Source of the DNA: the human T2T-CHM13v2.0 reference genome, Homo sapiens
NCBI RefSeq assembly: GCF_009914755.1
Contig: NC_060943.1
Length of the DNA stretch: 64,000 nt
Strand: one strand, 5' to 3'
Part shown: piece by piece, positions 33,729-54,760 of the stretch
Layout of the letters: the number at the start of each line of letters is the position of its first letter
How positions within the stretch are numbered: the stretch's first letter is position 1
The notes under the pieces: generated by a model
Databases searched by the model: none
Told to the model about the DNA's origin: nothing
The model's input: only the letters and a program-made list of their open reading frames with translations
Position numbers and translations under genes: made by a program

Positions 33729-34226
<498 letters not shown>

Positions 34227-34394
34227 TTATAGAGTTTGCATTGTAGAAACTGAAAATATTGCATATGCACCAAATACATAAAACAGTTCACAATGAACCA
34301 AAATACTGATGGAGCCAGTATTGTAAATTATAATTTCCTTATGTTTCTTCATAGTTTCACAACCTGTATGTGTGTATATATGTGTATGTGTCTC

Positions 34395-34427
<33 letters not shown>

Positions 34428-34429
34428 TT

Positions 34430-35970
<1,541 letters not shown>

Positions 35971-37394
35971 TGAATAATTTATTGAAAAGTTCATCTTGAG
36001 CTGGGCTTGGTGCCTTATGCCTGAATTGCCAGCTATATGGGAAGCTGAGGTAGGAGGATTGCTTGAGGCCAGAAGTTGGAGATCAGCCTGGTAGATACAG
36101 TGAGATCCCCCATGTCTTGGGGAAAAAAAAATTTGCTCATCTTGTCTGACTTTAGTTTTTGGGAAATATGGATAAGGCTGCTGAAAACGTCTTTGTGAGG
36201 ACTTTTCTGGGGACATGAGCTTTCAATTCATTGGGGTCAATATGTAGTAGGGTTACTGATGAATCATGTGGTAAGACCATGCTTATCTTCAGAGCTCACC
36301 AGACTGTCTTACAGAGTGACTGTAGAATATTCCATTCACATCAACAGTGAATGGGAGTTCCTGTGGCTTCCCTTTTTTTTTTTTTTTTTGAGATGGGGTC
36401 TCGCTCTGTTGCCCAGGCTAGAGTGCAGTGGTGCGATCTTGGCTCACTGCAACCTCCACCTTCTGGGTTCAAGCATTCTCCTGCTCAACCTCCCAAGTAG
36501 CTGGAATTACAGGCACTCGCCCAGCTAATTTTTGTATTTTTAGTAGAGATGAGTTTCACCATGTTAGGCAGGCTGGTCTCAAACTCCTGACCTCAGGTGA
36601 TCCACCTGCCTCAGCCTCCTAAAGTGCTGGGATTACAGGCGTGAGTCACTGTACCCAGCCTGCCTATCTTTAATCAACTAGTTTATTTCATACAATAATC
36701 AATCATTATTATAAAAAACATAAAATTTACCAGCTTAAACAGTTTGATGTATACAGTTGAATTAGCTTGAGAACTCTACATAACATCTAATATGAATTAT
36801 ACTTATTTTTTTTTTGGCTACTGGCTTTTTACAATTATAGCATCCTGTCTGAGGTTTCATGCATGTTGCAGCAGGGGCCAGGATGTTATTTTCCAAGACT
36901 GAACAATATCCTGTTGTATTTATATGCTTACCATATTTAGGTTATCCATTTAGCCTCTCAGTGGGTATGTGCATTGGTCCACCTCTTAGCTATTGTGAAA
37001 AATGCTTTTCAAATATGTCTTCAAGATCAGGCTTTACATGGCAACAGCAGACTCTGGGGATTACTTGAGATAGGAGAAAGGGAGAAGGGCAAGTGTTGAA
37101 ATACTACTGGGTACTATGCTGTGTACCTGGGTAACAGGATCATTTGTACTGCAGAGCTCGAAATCTGAAAGTGCTGGAATTACAGGCATGAGCCACCATG
37201 CCCAGCCCTGTTCTTTGGTTTTTAAAATTCAAGTAGACGTTGGGCACAGCAGCTGGCTATAGTGTTAGCTTCTTGAAAGGCTGAAGTGGAAAAATCGCCG
37301 TAGCCCAGGGATTGGAGGATTTAGTGCACCATGATCTCACCTGTGAATAGCTACTGCACTCCAACCTGGGTTACATAGCAAGACTCTGTCTCTA

Positions 37395-37692
<298 letters not shown>

Positions 37693-38044
37693 TCAAAAAA
37701 AAAAAAAAGATTCTAATTGTTTCTTTTACATTACTGATTTGAACTAATGAAAAAAAAGTTTAAAGTTTGTTAAACAATAAAAGTGAATTTGATTTAGAAT
37801 TCTGACTGAGGACTATAGGCAAATATCCATAACCTGGGAGCAGTTCCGTCTCACTGCTCCTATGCAGTATTTTGGTTCAGCTCATGTATAGATGGTGAGG
37901 ATTCATTATGTGAAAAATCACATCTAAGTTTGGGTGCAAGAGTACATCTGGCCATAGTTCAGAGAGGCATAATCACTAACCCCATCAGATATTATCTTAT
38001 GTGTTACAAAATTAGCTAATTTCTCAGACCAAACCCCACTTTGA

Positions 38045-38440
<396 letters not shown>

Positions 38441-40020
38441 TGACTTCCAAGTACCACAGCAGTCAGGTTCCCATAGCCTCTGGCTTTCGGTTGGCCCAGT
38501 TCATGGGAGGTGCTGCCAGGAAAGCAGGTAATAGGAGAGAAAATCAGGATCTCTAGTCCATTGGCTGCCACCCTGCTGTCCTGAGAGGTTGGCAGTCATC
38601 CTTTCCTCTGCTCCTGCTGAATGGCCCTCTACTAAAGCTCAGGGTGTTCCTGGGGTCTCATAACAGCTCTGTCTTGTCTCTGCCTCAGGCCTAGTGATGT
38701 GCTTTGCTCCCTGCTGTTGGTGGACTGCTCCTCTTGTGGGTATATCACAGGCTCCCTGTAATGCTATTGGTTCTGTATTTTAAATAATAATTTCTCTCAC
38801 TTAACTACACTTTTGAGTGTTACACTCTTCCTTCCTGATCTATGTCCAAAACAGAAGTCTCAATAACATGCAAAGATGCAGTGTGTTAAGCAAAAGTGGA
38901 AGATAACGAGACCATTTCAGGTAGATTCATATGCTGCAGTCCTACAATGGTGTATGGTTAACATAGGAAAATGAGGCCATTGGGGTGACTTAGCTCAGGT
39001 TGTGCTAATGAAATGCCATGGGCTGAGCTTCTCAAACAGCGACATTATTTTTTATTTTTTAAACATTTCTCCAGCATGAGATATCTAAAATCTAGCTGCC
39101 AGGCAATATGATTCCTGGTAAAGACCAAGTTCCTGGCTGGGATATAGACACCTTCTTGCTATACCCTCATATGGAAGAAAGAGTGAGTGTTTTCTCCCTC
39201 TCTCTTCCCGCCCGCCTTGGCTTTCCAAAGTGTTGGGATTACAGGTGTGAGGCACTGTGCCCAGCCTTCGTTGGAAGTCACTAATGCCACCATTAGAGTC
39301 CAACCTTGTGACCTTATGTAACCCGAATTATTTCCTTAAGTGCTCATCTTCAAATGACATCATGTTGGGGTATAGAGATTCAAAGTATGAATTTGGTGGG
39401 TGACTAAATTCAATACACAGCAAGGGTACAAGAAAGAAGTTCATAAAAGGGGCTTTGGACCCATGCATGCAGATCTGACTGTACAGATTGCCAGATGGTG
39501 AGCATGTTCAATGGAGAGAGGTCACAGATAGCTATATATTAGCATGTAGGGGCCAGGGGCAGTGGCTTATGCCTGTAATCCTAGCACTTTGGGAGGCCAA
39601 GGTGAGCAGATCACTTAAGGTCAGGAGTTTGATACCAGCCTGGCCAATATGGAGAAACCCCATCTCTCCTAAAAATACCAAAAATTAGCCAGGCGTGGTG
39701 GCACATGCCTGTAGTCCCAGCTACTCAGGAGGTTGAGACATGAGAATCGCCTGAACCCGGGGTGGGAGAGGTTGCAGTAAGCCGAGATTGTACCACTGCA
39801 TTCCAGCCTGGGCGACAGAGTGACACTCTGTCTCAAAAAAAAAAAAAAAAATACACACACACACACACAAAACAGACTGGGCACGGTGGCTAACACCAGA
39901 AGTCCCAGCACTTTGGGAGGCGCAGTCAAGCGGATCACCTGAGGTCAGGAGTTGGAGACCAGCCTGGCTAACATGGTGAATGAAACCCTGTCTCTACTAA
40001 AAATACAAAACAATTAGTCA

Positions 40021-40203
<183 letters not shown>

Positions 40204-40614
40204 TCATGATCAAGGACTGTTCTTGGGAAACCAGAATATATGGTTAGATAATTTTTTTCTTTTTTTCTTTTTTTGAGACAGTCTCGTTCTGTCACCCAGG
40301 CTGGAGTGCAGTGGTGCGATCCTGGCTCACTGCTTACCTCCGCCTCCCAGGTTCAAGCGATTCTCCTGCCTCAGCTTCCTCAGTAGCTGAGACTACGGGT
40401 TTGTGCCTGGCTAATTTTTGTATTTTTAGTAGAGACAGTGTTTTGCCATGTTGGCCAGGCTGCTCTCAAACTCCTGACCTCTGGTGATTGCCTACCTCGG
40501 CCTCCCGAAGTGCTGGGATTACAGGTGTGAGCCACTGCACCCAGCCTGGTCAGATAACTTCTGAGACAGTTTTGTACTTTTATGAGGGTAGGTAATGTGG
40601 GAAATGCATTAGAG

Positions 40615-40948
40615 CAGCAGTCCCCAACCTTTTTGGCACCAGGGACCAGTTTCGTGGGAGAAAAGTTTTTCACAGAGGAGGGTGGGGAGATGGTTTTTGG
40701 ATGAAACTGTTTCACCTCAGCTCATCAGGGATTAGTTTCTCATAAGGAGCATGCAACCTAGATCTCTCACATGTGCAGTTCACAATAGGGTTATCAACCC
40801 AAGAAAATCTAATACCACTGCTGCTCTGACAGGAGGCAGAGCTTAGGCAGTAACGCTCACTCGCTTCTGCTTACCTCCCGCTGTGTGGCCTAGTTCCTAA
40901 CAGGCCATGGACAGGTACCCGTCTGTACCCGAGAGTTGGGGACACGTG
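40615..40948 (-). mobile_element. MER1B-like hAT DNA transposon
   Basis: Terminal inverted repeats CAG..GTCCCCAAC / GTTGGGGAC; 8-bp TSD CATTAGAG / AATTAGAG. Confidence 0.85.
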
Positions 40949-41213
40949 AATTAGAGGACACTCAGGTGGTGTTCAGTGGAGAATGGATGGCTTGTTTGCT
41001 GTGTGAGAAAATCTTCCACATATTTGGTCATAGAGATATTGCATTGTGTGAATGCACAGGAAAAACATTTTGAGTTTTTCCACTCTTAGATCCCTGTGCA
41101 ATTTTGAGAAATCCAGTCACAACAGTGTGTGGATGTTAATGCCGCCCTTACCACAAGAGGGAGCTTCATTGACGTTGCCTTTCTGGAAAATGGTTCAAAG
41201 GACTTTGTTGGAA

Positions 41214-41322
41214 ATTCTACTCTACTCTACTCTACTGTATTTATGTTATGTTATGTTGTTATGTTATGTTATGTTATGTTATGTTATGTTATGTTATGTT
41301 ATGTTATGTTATGTTATGTTAT
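41214..41322. repeat. (CTCTA)n-(TGTTA)n microsatellite at an Alu tail
   Basis: Seen directly in the sequence. Confidence 0.95.
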
Positions 41323-41327
41323 TTTAG

Positions 41328-41904
<577 letters not shown>

Positions 41905-42761
41905 TTAAATTTACATGACTTTTTTTTTTTTTTTTTTGAGACAGCGTCTTGCTCTGTCACCCAGGCTGGAGTGCAGTGGCACAATCTTGGCTCAATGCAA
42001 GCTCTGCCTCCCAGGTTCATGCCATTCTCCTGCCTCAGCCTCCTGAGTAGCTGGGACTACGGGCGCCCGCCACCACGCCCGGCTAATTTTTTGTATTTTT
42101 AGTAGAGACAGGGTTTCACCATGTTAGCCAGGATGGTCTCGATCTCCTGACCTCGTGATCTGTCTACCTTGGCCTCCCAAAGTGCTGGGATAACAGGCGT
42201 GAGCCACCGCACCCAGCCTACATGACTTAACTTTTTACCTTGTTAAACAGAGAGCAATCAACCCTGTGAACGTTATGTTCCAGATTCTGACAAGTGTGTT
42301 GAAAAAATTCTACACACTAAATGAAATAGGAGTAATGGGTGAGAGAGTGTGACCTTGAGTTTCAAGTTGGGGTAAGGGGGGCGGAAAAGAAGACAGTGTC
42401 TTGAGGTGGTGACATCTGTAGTGAGATCTGAAATGACGTGTTAGTATATGAAGTCAGGAAAGAGGATTCTGGGAAGATGGCAGAATAGGAAGTATCAAGC
42501 AGAAACTACAGGAAGCCATTTTTGTGAACTGAGTTCCTCTGCTGGGCCCTCAGAAACCAGACCTACCCCAGCGATTAGGAAATTACACCTAGGCAATCGT
42601 CATTGCCCCACACGCTACAAAGAACGTTCAGTAGACAATGGCTTGAGAAATGCGCCCAGTCCAATCTTTGGGTAAGCCAGGTGCAGAGATGTACAAAAAG
42701 ACTGTCCTTGGCAAAGTTCTATGGTCACATGATGTTTGAGGCAGTTCTGCATATCATATGA

Positions 42762-43066
<305 letters not shown>

Positions 43067-46000
43067 TGATCCGCCCGCCTCGGCCTCCCAAAGTGCCGGG
43101 ATTACAGGCATGAGCCACTGCACCCAGCCACTTCTGTGCCATTTAATTGTTCACCAGTTGCCACAGGTCTATCTGTGTACACCTGAGTTGCTTGAGTGGT
43201 TCTAAACAAATGAATTTAACTTTCATTGTGGCGTTGAATTTTTGTATATACCTTTTATGAATTATTTTGACCGTGGGCTGACCAATATCATGAGTAAAAG
43301 ATTTAAAAGGTCTAGAGGAGCCAGGCATGTTGGCTCATGCCTATAATCCCAGCACTTTGGGAGGCCGAGGCAGATGGATCGCTTGAGGCCAGGAGTTTAG
43401 AGACCAGTCTGGCCAACATGGTGAAACTCCAATTCTACAAAAAACACAAAAATTAACTGGGCATGGTGGTGTTCGCCTGTAGTGCCAGCTACTTGGGAGG
43501 TTGTGACGAGACTTGCTTGAACCTGGGAAGCAGAGGTTGCAGTGAGCTGAGATCGTGCCACTGCAATTCAGCCTAGGCAACAGAGCGACACTCTGTCTCA
43601 AAAAAAAAAAAAAAAAGCCATAGGTAGGAAGCAAAATGTAAATAATGAGAAAAATATATATCTTAAGTTCACATTTGAAATATGTAAGAAAATTTGGTGA
43701 TGCTGCAAATAAACTGAGGATTGTAATTATATAAATTACAAGTTTTTCCTGAGAAAAAACACATTTTCAACCTAAGTACATTGATCTTAAAGGATTTTTC
43801 CTTTGCTTTTTGACCTTGCTTTGTGAAAAAGTGCAAAAATAAGACATGAATAGTCAAAATAAGAATTTTTGGGCCAGGCGTGGTGGCTCACACTTATAAT
43901 CCCAGCACTTTGGGAGGCCGAGGTGGGCGGATCACGAGGCCAGGAGATCGAGACCATCCTGGCTAACATGGTGAAACCCTGTCTCTACTAAAAAAAAAAA
44001 TACAAAAAAATAGCCAGGCGTGGTGGCGGGCACCTGTAGTCCCAGCTACTCGGGAAGCTGAGGCAGGAGAATGGCGTGAACCAGGGAGGCGGAGGCTTGC
44101 AGTGAGCCGAGATCGCGCCACTGCCCTCCAGCCTGGGCAACAGAGCAAGACTCCATCTCAAAAAAAAAAAAAGGAATTTTTGGCCAGGCATGGTGGCTCA
44201 CACCTGTAATCCTGGCACTTTGGGAGGCCGAGGCAGGTGGATCACATGAGGTCAGGAGTTTGAGACCAGCCTGGCCAACATGGTGAAACCCTGTCTACTA
44301 AAAATACAAAAAAATAGCCAGGCATGGTGGCAGGTGCCTGTAATTCCAGCTACTTGGGAGGCTGAGGCAGGAGAATCACTTGACCCCAGGAGGCAGAGGT
44401 TGCGGTGAGCCAAGATTGCACCACTGTCCTCCAGACTCTGTCTCCAAAAAAAAAAAATTCATATCTCACAAATCAAGGTATTTTCCATATGTCATCACAC
44501 ATAGTTAAGGTTTGGTCAGTCAGTGATTGCTTCTATGTCTGCTGGGACTGGGATTTTTACTCTAGGGAGACTGAAATAAGCTTTTGTGAAGAGAAGCACC
44601 CATGACACCTTAAAGGAAATGATCGGATTGTTCCATGCATGACTTTTCCACGATGTCATTAGCTTCATAATATTAGCATAAGAGGGTTCCTGACAAGTTT
44701 GCATCAACAGCATGTTACCAGAGAAAGAAAGACTTGATTGGAATAGTGATGCTGACTTTGTTCTTTACTGGGCAGGAAATTCAGTTTTCAAAAACATATT
44801 GGCCCCATAGGACTCAAGGTGATTTTTTAAAAAAGTAGTAGCCAATTGTGGTGGCTCATGTCTGTAATCCCAGAACTTGGGGAGATGGAGACAGAAGAAT
44901 CACATGATCCAGCAGTCAATGACCAGCCTGGGAAACAGGGAGACTCCATCTCTACAAAAAATAAATAAATAAAATCATAGTATATACCTTGATAAGAAGT
45001 GAATTTATAGATTTTAACTGAGGTATGTTATGGTTAACAATGTCCATAAATTGTAGGGAATATATCAGGGTTTAGAGAATAGTATGGTAAAAACTGGTCC
45101 AGAAGTCTGATGGCTGGCCTCCCCTCGCCAGAAGGCCGAGTCTTTTGCCCCTGAACAGGCACATGTCATACACCTGCAATGTGAGATGATGCTCTTCAGT
45201 GACCATGATGGATCAATACAAAAATAACTAATTCTTGGCAGGGCACAGTGGCTCATGCCTGTAATCCCAGCACTTTGGGAGGCCGAGGCGGGTGGATCAC
45301 GAAGTCAGGAGATCGAGACCATGGTGAAACCCTGTCTCTACTAAAAATACAAAAAATTAGCCAGGCGCGGTGGCGGGCACCTGTAGTCCCAGTTACTTGG
45401 GAGGTTGAGGCAGGAGAATGGCATGAACCAGGAAGCGGAGCTTGCAATGAGCCGAGATCGAGTCACTGCACTCCAGCCTGGGCGACAGAGCAAGACTCCG
45501 TCTCAAAAAAAAAAAAATTAAAATAAAAAAAAACCTCATTCTTTAACCATGTCTTGAAATGTGACAGAAGAAAACACTTTAAATTGCAAACATACCCCAA
45601 ATTTTTCTCTTCTCACGAAATGTGACTATCTTTTAATATCTCACACATCTCACAGTCATCTATGGCTTTTGGTCATATTCATTACCACAGTATATTATTA
45701 CACCCTCTTTGACGACACTTATGCCACTGGTGGTCTTTGGTCAGAAGTCACTCATAAGAACATGAGATCACCTTTGGTATTTAGAATAGATGAAAATTCA
45801 TGATCCAGATAAAAACTAAGAATATAAGCATGAAAAGTAAAATCTACATGAGGAAAAATATGCCTGACATCCACATGGCAACACTGACTCACAGTGACCA
45901 CCGGATAACATGGTAACATTATCAACTTGATCTAATACATGATGTTAATGGGAGGTTGTAATGTAGCTTCTTCATTAAAAAATAATAATTGTTAGTATGC

Positions 46001-46838
46001 AGTTGTTATAAACAGTTAATAAGCTTATTTCTAAAATACATGAACAGAAGTATTTGTTGCCAAGAAACCGCATTAGTGTTTTTAGTCAGGTATACTCATA
46101 CAAAGTTAAAAACGAAGTGAGACATTACATTCAGTTGTGAATAACAGCAAATGCTTGAAATTTCCTGATAAGAGCAAGGTGGCTCTTCTCACATAAAAGC
46201 CCTTGGTGAGACCAATCACTGCACAATGCAGCAGAGGAACAAGCTCCCATCTAGTTGGTTTAATCAAGAACAGGCTCGCTAATCCGTAGAAACAACAATG
46301 CTTGCAATACAAAGTAGACCTCTTAAACCAACTCAATCTATAGAAGAGTTGGGCATCAGTGAGTATTTCCAGCCATAACAACATTTATTAGTTCTCTGGT
46401 AAACATTTTAACATTTCTGAAGAAACAGCAAAGTGGGCATGTATCTTTAATGTGGAGCACTGGGGACATATCTGGAGACCTACAACTCTGAGGAACAGAG
46501 ACAAGTGATTTGGGGGATATTCTCGATTAACAAGCCAAAGAATCAGGAAAATGGGCTGGAAGCGGGTAGCCACACACCTCTCTCCCTGTGTGGGGCCTCT
46601 AATATGTGACTGATGCCTTCCTTTTCTGTGCCTTTGAAATCTCATGCAAGATTGGCTATAGGTGAATTGTATTACGAAACCATCCAAGTTCTTCTAGATT
46701 TTATTGTCCTATCGCAAGTCTCTCTTCTCAATTCAAAAAGCAGTTATCCAGAGGTTCTTTCACCACTCTCTTTTCTTGTGTTTCAAAGGAAGTGGGACAA
46801 CAGAAAGCTTCTCCCGTTGCTTCCACTAAAAGGATTTC

Positions 46839-48605
<1,767 letters not shown>

Positions 48606-49352
48606 CTATATTGGCTGGGTATGGTGGGTCACGCCTGTAATCCCAGCACCATGGGAGGTTGAGGCGGGCAGATGGCTTGAGGCCAGGAGTTTGAGATCAG
48701 CCTGGCCAACATGGCGAAACCCTGTCTCTACTAAAAATACAAAAATTGGCTAGGTGTGACGGCGTGCGCTTGTAATCCCAACTACTTGGGATGCTAAGGC
48801 ACGAGAATACCTCGAACCCAAGCAGTGGCAGTTGCAGTGAGCTAAAACCACACCACTCCACTCCCGCCTGGGTGACACAGCGAGACTCTTGTCTCAAAAA
48901 AGAAGAAAAAAACATGATTTATATCATTAACAACTATTGCACTTGCATTGTTAACACTGCCCGGCAAAGTGTCAGCTTTCTGCTCTGTCTGAATCATTTG
49001 AATATTAATGGACTATATGCTCTACAAGATGGTCTGGGTATATATATTTTTTTAAAATTAGTATTTCTATGGGGCTTTGTAATCCTATTTTCAAGTAAAC
49101 TATTTTACAAATACTAAACATGTGCGTCTTTTTTTTTGAGTTGGGGTCTCAACTCACCCTGTTGTCCAAATTGGAGTGTAGTGGTACCAACATGGCTCAC
49201 TGCAGCCTCAAACTCCTGGCCTCCAGCAATCCTTTGGTCTGAAAGCCCCAAAGGACTGGCATTTGGGGGTATGCGCAACAGTGCCCAGCCCAGCGTATGT
49301 TACATTTAAACATATGTTTTTAGGAAAACTTTCTATGAATACATAAATTTGA

Positions 49353-49706
<354 letters not shown>

Positions 49707-49751
49707 TAAGATTTTCTAGAGGCATTGCCTTGTCTTGCGAGAGAAAATTAC

Positions 49752-49812
49752 CTTAGATTTCTCCTGGGATTTTTGTACTCATCTTCAATGTTCTGAACTT
49801 TCCATGTTTTTC
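49752..49812 (-). CDS. ZNF20: ZNF20 KRAB-B-type exon
   Basis: GKTWKVQNIEDEYKNPRRNL; 61 bp; AG/GT ends. Confidence 0.92.
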
Positions 49813-49994
49813 CTAAAACACAGACCCGGAGAAAACACAGATCCAGAATTAGTATGAATTTATTTAAAAATCATTAGATTCTGTATTCATGGTACATGGT
49901 AGCCATGCCTGATTTATTCATCAAAGTATTTTTTGTCCATGTTCCAAATCAATGAACAGCATTGATGAGCTAGAAGCATTTGTTCTCTAATTCA

Positions 49995-50267
<273 letters not shown>

Positions 50268-50419
50268 TCATCACACCTCTTACTTTCTGTCTATACTCAC
50301 GTCCTCCCACAAACCAACCCTTTTTTTGTTAAGAGAGAGGGTCTTTGGCCAGTCGCGGTGGCTCACGCCTGTAATCCCAGCACTTTGGGAGGCTGAGGCA
50401 GGCAGATCACTTGAGGTCA

Positions 50420-50996
<577 letters not shown>

Positions 50997-52913
50997 TTAA
51001 CAGATGGAAAGATAGACTAATGGAAAACAGCAGATTCTGAAAATAGTGAAACCACGACAAAGCAGGTATCACCAGCCAATTATGCAAGTGGTCCTCACTT
51101 ACCAGAAGGAACAGGGACAGATGGTTACCTACAGGAGAACAAACAATCTTTGAAGCCCATCATCTCCATATGAATTAATTCTAGAGTTGCCTGTTACCGT
51201 GACTTCTTATGTTACCTTACCATGCATTTTCATTATGGGTTTCACTTTCTTATAACAGAAGAAACCCGTACTCAAGCCGTGTGTAGTGGCTCATGCCTGT
51301 AATCCCAGCACTTTGGGAGGCCAAGGCAGGCCAATCACTTCAGGTGAGGAGTTCAAGACCAGTCTGGCCAACATGGTGAAACTCCCTCTCTACTAAAAAA
51401 CACAAAAATTAGCCGGGTGTGTGCGTGCCTGTAATCCCAGCTACTCGGGAGGCTGAGGCAGGAGAATCGCTTGAACTCGGGAAGCGGCGGTTGCAGTGAG
51501 CTGAGAGAGCGCCACTTCACTCCAGCCTGGGCGACAGAAAGAGACTGTCTCAGAAAAAAAAAAAAAAAAGAAGAAGAAGAAAGCTGCACTTGACCTCAAC
51601 AGTTTCCAGTTATCCACCTCCTCCCAGTTCCTGCATGTGCTCAACCCACATATGTGACTTACACAGCTGCCTCCTGGTGACGACCTCACTGTGGAAAAGC
51701 TAGACAGACCAACTTGACTTGCCCCACTGACCCTTATACCCACATGGATGGCACAGACCACCTGTTAATCACAGCCTGACTTCACAGAACTAGCACCTGC
51801 TTGCTCCAAATCTATCAGAAACAACTCCCTAAGAGAAACCTCCTTGGGCATTGCCCTGGACCCCAAGAAAAACTCTGGCCCAAAAGTCCCTGTCTGTCTT
51901 TCTCCCCACCTGCTGGTTGAATGTGCATCCTGGATGTTCCCCCCACTCTGTGTTGCCCTGCAAGGTGTGCTGCCCTCATCTGTCTGGGATGTGATAATGC
52001 ACTGTTATGTCATGGCTTTATGGCTTTGTTGAGATGACTCTGCTGTGGCTCACTTCACCTACACCTTTCCCTTAATAGCAACATCCAACTGGCTGACCAG
52101 CTATGTGTCTCCAAATAATGGAAGCTGGGACTGGGGGAGAAAAACTGAGCATCCCAAGGGGTTGGCTATCTAGATGAAGAGTGTACCAGGAGTCTCCTCC
52201 CATTTGGGAAATTCAGTTGCTCCTTTGGGAGATCCCACACCCTGCCTCAGGCTATCCTCTGGGAGGACTGACACAGGGGCTGATATTCAGTAGGCCAGGA
52301 GAGATGGGAGCTGTGGGCATTTTGGTTCAGCCCCAGGCGGTTCTGAAACCCAGGACCAGGAAAAGATAGATTGGGACTCCTGAAGACACATCACCCTGTA
52401 AAGTTTTCAAAAAGGAAACAGGCCAGGCACGGTGGCTCACGCCTGTAAAATTCCAGCACTTTGGGAGGCTGAGGCAGGCAGATCATTTGAGCTCAGGAGT
52501 TCGAGACCAGCCTGACCAACATGGTGAAACCCCATCTCTACTTAAAATACATGGGGTATGGTGGCGCATACCTGTAAACCCAGCTACTCGGGAGACTGAG
52601 GGCAGGAGAATCACCTGAACCTGGGAGGCGGAGGTTGCAGTGAGCCAAGACCACGCCACTTCAATTCAGCCTGGGTTACAAAGAGAGACTTTCTCTCAAA
52701 AAAAAAAAAAAAAAAGGAAACAACCCAAAGACATTCTGAGATGGTGTCTGTGCCTTACGAAGATAAGAGGAGAGGAACAGAGGTTTTTCACTGGAGTATC
52801 AAGTGGTTATTCTCTATTCTATGTGAAATGTTCAGAAACAGAACACAAATATTTTAAAAAAAGTTATCCATGACCTTGTGAAAAGATGATAAACCACTAA
52901 AATACTGCATCTA

Positions 52914-53069
<156 letters not shown>

Positions 53070-53348
53070 TCAAAAAAAAAAGAAAGTTGATAATACTGTG
53101 AGTTGGAGAAGGGGAGTTAATGTTTGGAGATGCGGAAAAGTAATTGAAAATTTAAGATGTTACTGCAAACTGCTGAAGAGTTAGGGCGGGGTAGCAGGGT
53201 GGAGGATTTGAGACCCATACATTAGGAAAATGCAGGAGGAAGCCAGTCCCTATAGACAGTGTGAAAAAATTTAAAGCAGCAGCAATTAGACTGAAGTGTG
53301 TTTAGTGCTATAAGAAACTACCTAAGGACACCAAAATCAAACTCAAAT

Positions 53349-53689
53349 TGAGGCAGGAAAATAGGGTCTGGACGCAGGGAACATAAGGCCTATTCAAACT
53401 TCAGCTATGAAAGGAAATACCTACTCCATAGGGCGTAAGCCAAGTAAATGATTTTATAACCTTACTTCATCCTCTCCTTTTACATAGAGTATACCCCAAG
53501 TAACCAATGGAATCCTCCAGGGGGTATTTAAACTCCCAAAAATTCTGTAACGGGGCCTTTGAGCCCCTGTGCTCAGCCCCGCTTGCACACTGTGGAGTGT
53601 TAAATCCCTTCATTCCTTCCTTGCTTTGTGCGTTTTGTCCAATTCTTTGTTCAAGACGCCAAGAACCTGGACCCCCTCCACCGTTAACA
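53349..53689 (+). mobile_element. Solo ERV1 LTR (MER61-like) in ZNF20 intron 1
   Basis: TG...CA ends, AAAT 4-bp TSD; the paralogous intron near 7420 is uninterrupted. Confidence 0.75.
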
Positions 53690-54059
53690 AAATGCAATTC
53701 TTCTTAAAACTTTCTGGTACCAAAACCACAAATCATGACTGGGCGTTTCTCACTCATGAATCGCTGTTTGCTCAAACTCTTTAAATTTTTTTTTTTTTTT
53801 GAGATGGAATCTCGCTCTGTCCCCTAGGTTGGAGTGCAGTGGCGTGATCTCGGCTCACTGCAACCTTCGTCTCCTGGGGTCATGCGATTCTCCTGCTTCA
53901 GCCTCCTGAGTAGCGGGGACTACAGGCGCATGCCACCATGCCCGGCTAATTTTTTGTATTTTTAGTAGAGACGGGGTTTCACTGTGTTAGCCTGGATGGT
54001 CTCGATCTCCTGACTTCGTGATCCGCAAGCCTCGGCCTCCCAAAGTGCTGGGATTACAA

Positions 54060-54760
54060 GCATGGTCCACCGCGCCCGGCCCAAACTCTTTAACAGAAAA
54101 AAAAATCCGCAGGATTCCCCCATGACCCTCCCGTGGTCCCCGCAAAATCTGAAGAGACGCGGGGCTGCAGGCGCGGAGCTGCCCAGAGAGGGCTCCAGGG
54201 TCGGGGCCCACAGTCGCCCGCGCAGGAACAGAACAGGAGGACGCCCGGGGTCCCGGCTGCCGGCCCAGCCGCACCCTGCGGCCGAGGGGACGCAGGGACG
54301 AGCTGAGACAGAGGGATTCGGGTCCCAGATCCAGGAGGCGCGGCGAGGAGGCCCAGATCCCACCACAGCCGCTTCCGGCCGGTTCCACCCAGCCCCTCCC
54401 CCGTCTGGGGACTCCGGCCCCATACACTCACCATTTCCCGGCTTCTGGGTGTCCCGGTGTCCTCTCTAGGGCTCCCGTGAATAGTGCGGGTCACGGTGCA
54501 GGCGGCAGAGCGACAGAAGTTGTGGCAGAGGGACCCGGGGCCTCTCGGAGTAGGAAATCTGGTATCCCGACAACAACCTGCATAGCAACAAAAGTAGAAG
54601 CTGGAATGGGCCTCCTCCTTCCGGACGGACCGTTGGCCGGGCTCCGCCCCGGCGCTTCTGATTGGACAAGGTACAAGGCCCCGCCCCCTCAGAACTGAGT
54701 GACGGCAGAAGCCCTGGGTAACGAGCCCTGCAAAGCCGGACTGATCGGTTCTAGCCACAG
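54060..54760 (-). promoter_or_regulatory. ZNF20: ZNF20 CpG-island promoter (CCAAT 54661-54665, GC boxes)
   Basis: High CpG density; motif layout shared with the paralogs. Confidence 0.85.
54432..54434 (-). CDS. ZNF20: ZNF20 exon 1 start codon (ATG|GTGAGT)
   Basis: Reverse complement GAAATGGTGAGTG within a CpG island. Confidence 0.88.

Noticed and set aside
53349-53689. p53 site in the MER61-like LTR
   Set aside because: No paired RRRCWWGYYY half-sites visible
53962-54758. Long GC-rich ORFs at CpG islands (also 6479-7113 and 31821-32322)
   Set aside because: Stop-poor GC-rich sequence crossing exon/intron boundaries, with no recognisable domain
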